From an uncultured Chloroflexia bacterium (lineage in GTDB: Bacteria; Chloroflexota; Anaerolineae; JAAYZQ01): a stretch of 64,000 bases of DNA. The stretch covers positions 1,184,001 to 1,248,000 of the forward strand of contig CAVOXA010000010.1 of NCBI GenBank assembly GCA_963700285.1, written 5' to 3'. Made by a program: the position numbers and the translations under genes. Each line of letters starts with the position of its first letter. Position 1 is the first letter of the stretch. The notes under the pieces were generated by a model. The model was not told the DNA's origin. It made no database searches and saw only the letters and a list, made by a program, of their open reading frames with translations. Below, piece after piece: positions 55,946-64,000 of the stretch.

Positions 55946-57355
55946 TCAGTATGCGTGGCGATCGCCAAAGATGGCAAAAAAGGTGCGGAGCATGATCCGG
56001 AAGTCAAGCCAGAGAGACCAGTTCTCGATGTACCATAGGTCGTACTTTGTTCGTTCGGCGATAGAAGTATCACCGCGCAGACCGTTCACCTGGGCCCAGC
56101 CGGTCATTCCTGCCTTTTCCCGGTGGCGGTCCATGTAGCGGGGGATGCTGTGCCGGAATTGCTCGACGTATACCGGGCGCTCCGGGCGTGGCCCAACCAG
56201 GCTCATTTCACCCAAAAAAACGTTGATGAACTGGGGCAGCTCGTCGATGGAGAGCCTTCGGATCAAGCTGCCCAGGCGAGTAACCCGTGGGTCACCCTCC
56301 GTCGTCCAGCCTGGCCCGTCCTTCTCGGCGTCCGTTCGCATGGATCGAAACTTGAGGCACCAGAATGGCCGGGCATCCAGTCCCATCCGCTCTTGAGCGT
56401 AAAACACCGAACCGGGTGAATCGAGCTTGATGGCAGCGGCAACCAGCATCAAGATGGGTGAGAGCAACACCAGCGCCAGGGCGCTGCCCACCAGGTCGAC
56501 CACTCTCTTCAGGGTCAGCTTCCAGCCCCGAAGGGCCACGTCGCGCACGCTGAGCAGGGGCAAGCCTCCCAGGTCGCCGATGCTCAGCTCGGTGGCAATG
56601 ATCTGGAACAGATCGGGAAAGATCTTGACGCCAACCTGTCCTTGCTCGCAGCGCGAGATGATGGCCAGCGCCTCCTGGTGCGTCAGTTCTGAACGGCCAA
56701 TGATCACTTCTTCAACTTGGTGCTCTGTGATAAGATCGGGCAGATCGTCTACCCCGCCTAGTATCGGAATTCCCATGATCTGCTGGCCATGCGCGGCTTC
56801 TCCGTCTACAAATCCGACAACACGGTAGCCCAGTTGAGGTGACTGTCTGACCTTTTGCAGGATCATCCGGCCCACATCGCCTGTGCCGACGATAAGGAGC
56901 CGGTCGGCCCATACACCCCGCTTCCGGAGCCAATTGCGCAGCCAGGCCAGCGCGGAACGGCCAACGGCTACCAGCAGGACCGTCAGCACCCAGGCATAGA
57001 TGACCATCACCCGGGGAAAATCTACCTGTAACCTGCTGTTTTTGAATAGAAAGGTGGTAGCGGCGATGGTGACGATGGTGCCAATGGAGGTGGCGGCAAA
57101 AATCCGGTAGAATTCATCCAGGCGGAGCATGCTGCGCTTGACATCGTACAGCCGCGAGAAAAAATAGACCGTCAGCATCGTGACCACCTGTACGACCATC
57201 ATCAGCAGGTAATCGCGATAGGGGCCGATGTTGACCGGTGGGGGCACGGCCACCAGACGGCGCAGCCCATAGGCCAAGTAGAAAGCCATAGCGACCATCG
57301 CCATGTCATTGACCACCAACAGCATGGTGTATAGCGCATCGGTCTTGCGTCTCAT
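55946..57355 (-). CDS. Undecaprenyl-phosphate sugar phosphotransferase (WcaJ-like)
   Basis: N-terminal TMs, Rossmann-like LIVGTG, KFRSM, DELPQF.NV..GEMSLVGPRP and GWAQVNG motifs. Confidence 0.93.
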   Translation of the reverse strand: MRRKTDALYTMLLVVNDMAMVAMAFYLAYGLRRLVAVPPPVNIGPYRDYLLMMVVQVVTMLTVYFFSRLYDVKRSMLRLDEFYRIFAATSIGTIVTIAATTFLFKNSRLQVDFPRVMVIYAWVLTVLLVAVGRSALAWLRNWLRKRGVWADRLLIVGTGDVGRMILQKVRQSPQLGYRVVGFVDGEAAHGQQIMGIPILGGVDDLPDLITEHQVEEVIIGRSELTHQEALAIISRCEQGQVGVKIFPDLFQIIATELSIGDLGGLPLLSVRDVALRGWKLTLKRVVDLVGSALALVLLSPILMLVAAAIKLDSPGSVFYAQERMGLDARPFWCLKFRSMRTDAEKDGPGWTTEGDPRVTRLGSLIRRLSIDELPQFINVFLGEMSLVGPRPERPVYVEQFRHSIPRYMDRHREKAGMTGWAQVNGLRGDTSIAERTKYDLWYIENWSLWLDFRIMLRTFFAIFGDRHAY

Positions 57356-58305
57356 GGTCCCGACTCCTTGCTCTGGACCGGTACCGCGGAAGCGACCCCC
57401 CGCTGCTCGGCCGGCCGCAAGCGGTCTTGCAGCACCGCCCGGCCGCCCATCAGAGCGACCGCGGCATAGATAAGCCAATTCAGCAGGAAAAAGGTCTGGT
57501 CCTTAAAGTGTTTGTCGTGGAACAAGCGCATCGTCTCATAGAACTGTACATTGGCAAAATGGCTCCGCTGTTTGCTCGACTGGCCCTTATAGTGGAGCAC
57601 CGTCACCGCTGCGTTGTACCACACCTGCCAGTTCCGCTGCTTGACGCGGTAGCAGAGGTCCAGGTCTTCGGCGTACATAAAGTACTGCTCATCCAGCAAG
57701 CCAACCTGTTCCAGCACCTCCCCCCGCATGAGCATAAAGGCGCCTACCACCGAATCTACTTCCGTGGTGACGTCGGGTGGCAGATAGGTGAGGTTATAGC
57801 GCCCAAAGCGCTTGCTGCCGGGGAAGAGCCGGCTCAAGCCGGACATGCGGTAGGCGGCTACTTGTGGCGTCGGAAAACTGCGCCGGCATGCCTTGTCCAG
57901 GCTGCCATCCACCCGGACCAATCGCGGACCGGCCACACCGGCCTGGGGATGCGCCTCCATAAAGGCCAGCATGTCCGCCAGCGCCGAGGGCGGCAGAACC
58001 GTGTCCGGGTTCAACAGCATGGCATAGCAGGGCCGGTCGGGACCGGCGGCGCCTTCATCGTCGGAGAAACCAAAGGCCCTCAGCCCCAGGTTGTTGCCGG
58101 CGGCGTAGCCGCTGTTCTCTGTGCGGATGAGCCGCACCTGGGGGTACTCGGCCGCGACCATGTCGGCGCTGCCATCGTCAGAATCGTTGTCGACGACGCA
58201 GACCGAAAAAGCAAACTCTCCCCGGCTATCATACACCGAGGCCAGGCAGTCCCGCAACAGGTCGCGGACGTTATAGTTTACGATGACGATCCCCAGATCG
58301 AGCAT
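57352..58305 (-). CDS. GT2 glycosyltransferase (WbbL-like)
   Basis: IVIVNYN, VVDNDSDDGS, LLNPD, GAFMLMR and YAEDLD motifs. Confidence 0.92.
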   Translation of the reverse strand: MLDLGIVIVNYNVRDLLRDCLASVYDSRGEFAFSVCVVDNDSDDGSADMVAAEYPQVRLIRTENSGYAAGNNLGLRAFGFSDDEGAAGPDRPCYAMLLNPDTVLPPSALADMLAFMEAHPQAGVAGPRLVRVDGSLDKACRRSFPTPQVAAYRMSGLSRLFPGSKRFGRYNLTYLPPDVTTEVDSVVGAFMLMRGEVLEQVGLLDEQYFMYAEDLDLCYRVKQRNWQVWYNAAVTVLHYKGQSSKQRSHFANVQFYETMRLFHDKHFKDQTFFLLNWLIYAAVALMGGRAVLQDRLRPAEQRGVASAVPVQSKESGP

Positions 58306-58309
58306 AAGT

Positions 58310-59467
58310 CTATGCCAGGATACTCCGAGCAATCACCACCCGCTGGATCTCGCTGGTGCCCTCATAGATTTCGGTGATCTTGGCGTCGCGGAAATGGCGC
58401 TCCACCGGGTATTCTTTGCTGTAGCCATTGCCGCCATAGATCTGGACCGCCTTGGTCGTGACCCACATGGCCGTCTCCGCGGCGTAGAGCTTGGCCATGG
58501 CCGCCGGCAGCGTGTAGCGCGCCCCGGTCGCCTTGGCCTCCTCCTTGGCCAGGGCCGCCTGGTAGGTCAACAACCGAGCGGCTTCCAGTCGCGTCTTCAT
58601 GTCGGCCAGCATCCACTGAATGCCCTGAAACTGGGCGATGGGCTGTCCAAACTGCTCCCGCTCTTTGGCATAGTCGCGGGCCGCCTCGTAGGCCGCCTCG
58701 GCGATGCCCACCGCCTGGGCCGCGATGCCGATCCGGCCCGCATCTAGAATGGCCAGGCCGATCTTGAAGCCCGCGCCCTCGTCGCCCAACCGGTGCCAGG
58801 CGGGCAGGCGGTAGTTCTCGAAAACCAACTCTGACGTATGAGACGCCCGGATACCCAGTTTGGGTTCCACTTTTCCGGGGGAAAAGCCCGGAAAGGTCGT
58901 GTCCACGACAAAGGCCGAGATGCCCCGGTGACCCAGGCCCCGGTCCGTCATGGCAAACAGAATCACATAATCCGCATTGGGGCCGCTGGTCACCCACGCC
59001 TTCAGGCCGTTGATCACGTACTCGTCCGCCGCCGGGTCGTATTCGGCGGTGCAGCGCATGTTCGCCGGGTCGGAGCCAGCCTGGGCCTCGGTCAGCGAAT
59101 AGGCGCCCAGCTTCTCGCCACTGGCCAGGGGGCGCAGAAACGCCTCCTTCTGGCGCTCGGTACCAAAGACATAGAGCCCGTGGCAGACCAGCGAGTTGTT
59201 GACCGACATGATGACCCCATGGGAGGCACAGGCTTTGGAGATTTCGATCATGGACAGCACGTAGCTGAGGGTGTCCAGACCCGTGCCATCGTACTCTTCT
59301 GGGATCTCGATGCCCATGAAGCCCAGATCACCCATCTTTTGGACCGTCTCGACAGGAAAGCGGCCCTCCTCGTCGATCTCGGCGGCGATGGGCGCGATCT
59401 CTTTCTGGGCAAAATCCCGCGCCATGTCCTGGATCATCCTGTGTTCTTCGGTCAGCTTTAGGTCCAT
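58310..59467 (-). CDS. Acyl-CoA dehydrogenase (short-chain type)
   Basis: LTEAQAGSD, KLGIRAS, GRIGIAAQ, REQFG and IYEGTSEIQR motifs. Confidence 0.96.
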   Translation of the reverse strand: MDLKLTEEHRMIQDMARDFAQKEIAPIAAEIDEEGRFPVETVQKMGDLGFMGIEIPEEYDGTGLDTLSYVLSMIEISKACASHGVIMSVNNSLVCHGLYVFGTERQKEAFLRPLASGEKLGAYSLTEAQAGSDPANMRCTAEYDPAADEYVINGLKAWVTSGPNADYVILFAMTDRGLGHRGISAFVVDTTFPGFSPGKVEPKLGIRASHTSELVFENYRLPAWHRLGDEGAGFKIGLAILDAGRIGIAAQAVGIAEAAYEAARDYAKEREQFGQPIAQFQGIQWMLADMKTRLEAARLLTYQAALAKEEAKATGARYTLPAAMAKLYAAETAMWVTTKAVQIYGGNGYSKEYPVERHFRDAKITEIYEGTSEIQRVVIARSILA

Positions 59468-59645
59468 TCAGGCCTCCTCAGTGCCCATTCCGCTAGATTA
59501 TACTACAGAAGCGCTTCCAGGAAAAGCGCAGTGGTTTGGCAGGACTGGCAGTCCTACAGTGGAGATTCCCAGTCCCCAAGCAGCGCTTCAGACGCTTCAG
59601 GGGATTGGTGCACCAACTTTTCATCTTTCCGAGATCCGCGTCCCA

Positions 59646-59691
59646 TGAAGCGTCAGGGGAAGCGGATGTGAGGCGCCCCTTGGTATATACT
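59646..59691 (+). promoter_or_regulatory. SARP-type heptamer direct repeats plus -10, copy 1
   Basis: TGAAGCG / GGAAGCG / TGAGGCG at 12 and 11 bp spacing, 10 nt upstream of TATACT. Confidence 0.55.
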
Positions 59692-59738
59692 ACCCTCAGA
59701 ACAAGGGTACGGCTATCACAGGAAAGGAGAATTGTCAG

Positions 59739-60308
59739 ATGTCTGAGGAACAAAAGACTGCGGCGAAAGAGGAACAGGCGGTTGGTCTGGTATCCGGGGA
59801 GCCGGTTCAGGTGCCCAAGCGGCGGAGGGCAGAGCCTCCCATCCGGACGGGCGAGATGTCCAAGGCTGGCTCTCAACTTTTCACGGTGCGCATGTGGCCA
59901 GAACCTCTGGATGATGGCCAGGTTGAGTGGCGGGGCAAGGTCGATCATGTGGCCAGTGGCGAGGGTTATGCCTTCCGTGACTGGGCCAGGTTGGCAACCT
60001 GCATCGAAAAGATGCTGCAAGGGGTCTTTCGGCGCCAGGGAAAAGCCATCACAGCCAGCGGCTTCCACCGCCCAATTATACTACAGAACTGTTCCAGGGA
60101 AAAGCATCGTAGACTGCCCGGACGAGCAAGTGCCCGCCTGGTGCCTGAGGGGACGGACAGGCGCCGAGCGAACCGCTATCTATCGCATGGGGCGAGGTTG
60201 CGACTGGCTTTCCCCTATTCAGCGCTTCAGAAGCTTCGTTTGGTTGGCACTCCAACATCATCTTTCCGAGATCCGCTCTCGATGAAGCGCTTCGCGAAAC
60301 GGATGTGA
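59739..60308 (+). CDS. Small hypothetical protein, copy 1 (C-terminus extended by read-through into the duplicate)
   Basis: Core FTVRMW.E...WRGKVDHVASGE..AFRDW; AAGGAG RBS. Confidence 0.75.
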   Translation: MSEEQKTAAKEEQAVGLVSGEPVQVPKRRRAEPPIRTGEMSKAGSQLFTVRMWPEPLDDGQVEWRGKVDHVASGEGYAFRDWARLATCIEKMLQGVFRRQGKAITASGFHRPIILQNCSREKHRRLPGRASARLVPEGTDRRRANRYLSHGARLRLAFPYSALQKLRLVGTPTSSFRDPLSMKRFAKRM

Positions 60309-60328
60309 AGCGGCCACTGGTGTATACT
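60283..60328 (+). promoter_or_regulatory. SARP-type heptamer direct repeats plus -10, copy 2
   Basis: TGAAGCG / CGAAACG / TGAAGCG with the same geometry to TATACT. Confidence 0.55.
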
Positions 60329-60381
60329 GTCCTCAGAACGGTGGCAAAACCAACACAGGAAAGAACAAAGGAGGGCGTCAG

Positions 60382-60696
60382 ATGTCTGAGGAGCAAAAGG
60401 CCGTGGCGAAAGAGGAACAAACGGTTGGCCTGGTATCCGGAACACCGGTCCAGGTACGCAAACGGCGGGCAGCGGAGCCGCCCATCCGGACGGGAGGGGC
60501 GACCAAAAGTGGCTCACAGCTCTTTACGGTGCGCATGTGGCCGGAGCCGATGGACGATGGCCAGGTCGAATGGCGGGGCAAGGTCGATCACGTGGCCAGC
60601 GGCGAGGGCTATGCCTTCCGCGACTGGGCCTGGCTGACAACCTGCATCGAAAAGATGCTGCTGGGGGGCTGGCGCAGGGGAGTCGGTGTGGGCTAA
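60382..60696 (+). CDS. Small hypothetical protein, copy 2 (104 aa)
   Basis: Close paralogue of copy 1; AAGGAGG RBS. Confidence 0.8.
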   Translation: MSEEQKAVAKEEQTVGLVSGTPVQVRKRRAAEPPIRTGGATKSGSQLFTVRMWPEPMDDGQVEWRGKVDHVASGEGYAFRDWAWLTTCIEKMLLGGWRRGVGVG

Positions 60697-60791
60697 CGTG
60701 CCTTCATTGCGATGAGTGCAGCGGAAATGGAACGGGTATTCGAGGCAGCTGGCAGGAGCCAGCTGCTTCGAATACGTATGTCAACCTAAAT

Positions 60792-60820
60792 TTGCCCCCC
60801 AGCTCTGAATGTGATATAAT
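60792..60820 (+). promoter_or_regulatory. Sigma70-type promoter for the SARP gene
   Basis: TTGCCC-17 nt-TATAAT with TG extension. Confidence 0.6.
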
Positions 60821-60992
60821 AGTTCGCGACCGGACCATGGAATCCTGCCCTGCATCGTAGTCCTTCCCCAAAGCTCTCACCAGGGCAGCCGTCAACCGAC
60901 GCAGTAGCGGGCCGGATCGGGCCCTCTGGCGGAGTGTCGTCGTAGCCCGTAGCACGCCTTCCCTATGCTCACGCAGCACAAGGAGGTCGAAG

Positions 60993-62280
60993 TTGGCGCC
61001 TGTCTTGCACATTCGCCTGCTGGGGGATTGCTCTCTCTGTTATGATGGTGCGCCGGCCGTAACGGAGGTCAATACCCCCCGTCTGCAATCCTTACTCGCC
61101 TATCTCCTCCTGCACCGCGCCGCCCCCCAATCGCGCTCCCACGTTGCCTTCCAGTTCTGGCCCGACTCGACCGAGGCCCAGGCCCACAGCAACCTGCGCA
61201 CGCTGCTGCACCGCCTGCGCCAGGCGCTGCCCGATGCGGACCAGTTCCTATCGGTCGAGGGGCAGACGGTGCAGTGGCGGCAGGATGCGCCCTATACCCT
61301 GGATGTGGCCGGTTTTGAGCAGGCGGTGAGCCGAGCAGAACGGACCGGGGAAGAAGCGGCTCGAAGAGCCGCCTTGGAGCGGGCTATCGAGCTGTATGGC
61401 GGCGAGCTGCTGCCCAGTTGTTACGACGATTGGATCCTGCCCCAGCGGGAGCGGCTGCACCAGGCCTACATCCGGGCCATGGAGCAGTTGATCCGACTGC
61501 TGGAAGAGGAGCGCGAGTACGATCAGGCGCTGCGCTACGCCCAGCGCCTGCTGCGAGACGACCCGCTGCACGAGGCGGGCTACCGGCGGCTGATGCGGCT
61601 GCGGGCCCTGAGCGGCGACCGCGCCGGGGCGCTGCGCGTCTACCACGACTGCGAGTCACATCCTCCAGCGCGAGCTGGGCGTGGAGCCCAGTGCGGCCAC
61701 GCAGCGGGCCTACGAAGAGTTGTTGCAGGCCGAATCCCGGCCCGTAGCTGCCAGCGGGCCCATGCCTGGTGTGTCACCCCTTGTCGGGCGCGAAGAGGAG
61801 TGGACTCGCCTGCAGACTGCCTGGTGGCGGTCGGCCCGTGGGCCGCGCTTCGTTTTACTGCAAGGCGAAGCCGGCATTGGCAAAACGCGACTGGTGGAGG
61901 AGTTGCTCCATTGGGCGAAACGGCAGGGGATCGAGTGCGCCTACGCCCGTAGCTACGCCGCCGAGGGCGAACTGGCCTACGCCCCGGTGACCGCCCTGCT
62001 GCAGGCCCGTCCCCTGCCGCCCCTGGAGGACGTCTGGCTCAGTGAAGTGGCCCGCTTGCTGCCCGAGGTGCTGGCCGAACGGCCGGGCCTGCCGCCGCCA
62101 CAGCCCATGACCGAAGCCTGGCAGCGCCAGCGGCTCTTTCAGGCCCTGGCCCGGGCGGTGCTGGGCAACGGCTCGCCGCCAGAGCCCCTGTTGCTGGCTA
62201 TAGAGGACCTGCAGTGGTGTGACCGCGAGAGCCTGGATTGGCTGCACTACCTGCTGCGATTCGATCCGCGGCGCGCATTA
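60993..62280 (+). pseudogene. SARP-family regulator (wHTH-BTAD-AAA), first copy, truncated after Walker B and frameshifted near 61655
   Basis: LHIRLLG, LLAYLLL, FWPDS, DPLHE.GYRRLM, GEAGIGKT and EDLQWCD motifs. Confidence 0.75.
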
Positions 62281-64000
62281 CCCAGGCCCACAGCAACCTG
62301 CGCACGCTGCTGCACCGCCTGCGCCAGGCGCTGCCCGATGCGGACCAGTTCATATCGGTCGAGGGACAGACGCTGCAGTGGCGCCAGGAGGCGCCCTACA
62401 CCCTGGATGTGGCCGCTTTTGAGCAGGCAGTGAGCCGAGCAGAACGGACCGGGGAAGAAGCGGCTCGAAGAGCCGCCTTGGAGCGGGCATCGAGCTGTAT
62501 GCGCGGCGAGCTGCTGCCCAGTTGTTACGACGATTGGATCCTGCCCGAGCGGGAGCGGCTGCACCAGGCCTACGTCCGGGCCATGGAGCAGTTGATCCAA
62601 CTGCTGGAAGAGGAACGCGAGTACGATCAGGCGCTGCGCTACGCCCAACGCCTGCTGCGAGACGACCCATTGCACGAGGCGGGCTACCGGCGGCTGATGC
62701 GCCTTCGGGCCTTGAGCGGCGACCGGGCCGGGGCGCTGCGCGTCTACCATGACTGTGTCACCGTCCTCCAGCGCGAACTGGGCGTGGAGCCTAGTCCAGC
62801 CACCCAGCGGGCCTACGAGCGGGTGCTGCGTGTCGAGCCTGGCCCCGAATCCGAAACAAGGACAACCCCTATGGTCTCGCCGCTGGTGGGGCGGGAAGAC
62901 GGAGTGGGCCGGGTTGCGGAGCGCCTGGCGGCGGTCGGCTCGCGGGCCGCGCTTTGCGCTGGTGCTGGGCGAGGCAGGCATCGGCAAGACGCGGCTGGTG
63001 GAGGAACTGCTGCATTGGGCACAGCGGCGGGGGATCGAGTGCGCCTACGCCCGCTGCTACGCCGCCGAGGGCGAGCTGGCCTACGCCCCGGTGTCCGTCC
63101 TGCTGAGGGCCCGGCCCCTGCCAGCCCTGGACGACGTCTGGCTCAGCGAGGTGGCCCGCCTGCTGCCCGAGGTGCTGGGCGAGCGGCCGGACCTGCCCGC
63201 TCCCCAGCCCATGACCGAGAGATGGCAGCGCCTGCGGTTGTTCGAGGCCCTGGCCAGGGCTGTGCTGAGAGAGGGACAGCCAACCCTGCTGGTCATCGAC
63301 GACCTGCACTGGTGTGATCCGGAAACGCTGGACTGGCTGCATTTCTTGTTGCGCTTTGATGTGCGAGCACGGTTGCTGGTGGTGGGCACCTGCCGGCCGG
63401 AGGAGCTGGACGAGGACTGCCCCTTTGCCGCCGCGCTGCCCGTGCTGCACCGTGACGTGCGGCTGACCGAGATCAAAGTGGGCCCGCTGAATAATGAAGA
63501 GACGGCGGCCCTGGCCTCCAACGTGGCCCGGGAGGAACTGGATCCGGCGGCAGCGGGAAATCTCTACCGAGAGACGGAAGGCAACCCCCTCTTCGTCGTC
63601 GAAACGGTGCGGGCGGCTCTGCGCAGTGAAGGGCGGGGGCTGATCCTTGGAGATGGCGAACTGGAGGACGGGCAGCCAGCACTTCGCGAGCGAGGTCTTG
63701 CCCCCACGGGTGCAGGCGGTGCTGGCCACGCGCCTGGCGCAGCTCTCGCCTCCGGCCCGCGAGCTGGCTGGGCTGGCGGCCATCATCGGCCGGGCTTTTA
63801 CCGTCCCCGTGCTGCAGGCGGCGGGCAACGGGGACGAGGATGCCCTGGTGCGCGGGCTGGACGAACTGTGGCAGCGGCGCATCGTGCGCGAGCGGGGCGT
63901 CGACGCCTACGACTTTTCCCACGACAAGCTGCGGGAGGCGGCCTACGACGCCTTGAGCCCGGCCCGGCGCAGATTGCTCCACCGCCAGGTGGCCCGGGTC
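62281..64000 (+). CDS. SARP-family BTAD-AAA regulator, second copy (lacks the first ~60 codons, frameshifted, runs off the window)
   Basis: Restarts at CCCAGGCCCACAGCAACCTG (= 61177); GEAGIGKT, DDLHWCD, TEGNPLF and YDFSHDKLRE motifs. Confidence 0.75.

Larger units (their letters stand above)
59497..60660 (+). repeat. Diverged tandem duplication (~59497-60020 and ~60075-60660) of a promoter plus small gene
   Basis: Both units begin ATTATACTACAGAA and share TCATCTTTCCGAGATCCGC, the heptamer boxes and the coding sequence. Confidence 0.92.

Overview
GC-rich bacterial chromosome segment, most likely Chloroflexota (Anaerolineae-like). This is inferred from Pro/Thr-linker surface proteins, a sortase, an HrcA/CIRCE dnaK operon and the style of the beta-prime insertions. 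Indel-type frameshifts occur in cydB, rpoC, thiP and the SARP gene, suggesting an imperfectly polished long-read assembly. Housekeeping content: glk, an ECF sigma/anti-sigma pair, cydAB with a Rex-like operator, a stand-alone rpoC, thiPQ-like ABC genes, hrcA-grpE-dnaK-dnaJ-prmA-rsmE, wcaJ/GT2 and an acyl-CoA dehydrogenase. Main points of interest: (1) a caspase-centred locus at 14.4-24.7 kb (caspase-STAND-TM-15xWD40 sensor, second caspase, holin-like 2TM protein, lipase) whose proteins share candidate Arg cleavage motifs; (2) both caspase genes sit behind the same ~350-400 bp promoter plus structured-leader cassette, with covarying hairpins and a copy-number-variable palindromic unit; (3) a candidate oriC at 5.3-5.65 kb with B. 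subtilis-like DnaA box/GGCC/DnaA-trio geometry but no dnaA nearby; (4) two paralogous signal-peptide-less GH-A-like proteins with (PE)n linkers; (5) a catalytically degenerate Xer-like gene directly upstream of an rpoC lacking rpoB; (6) a tandem duplication of a small gene with SARP-type heptamer boxes next to an internally duplicated SARP/BTAD ATPase. All family assignments are by eye; no database searches were run.
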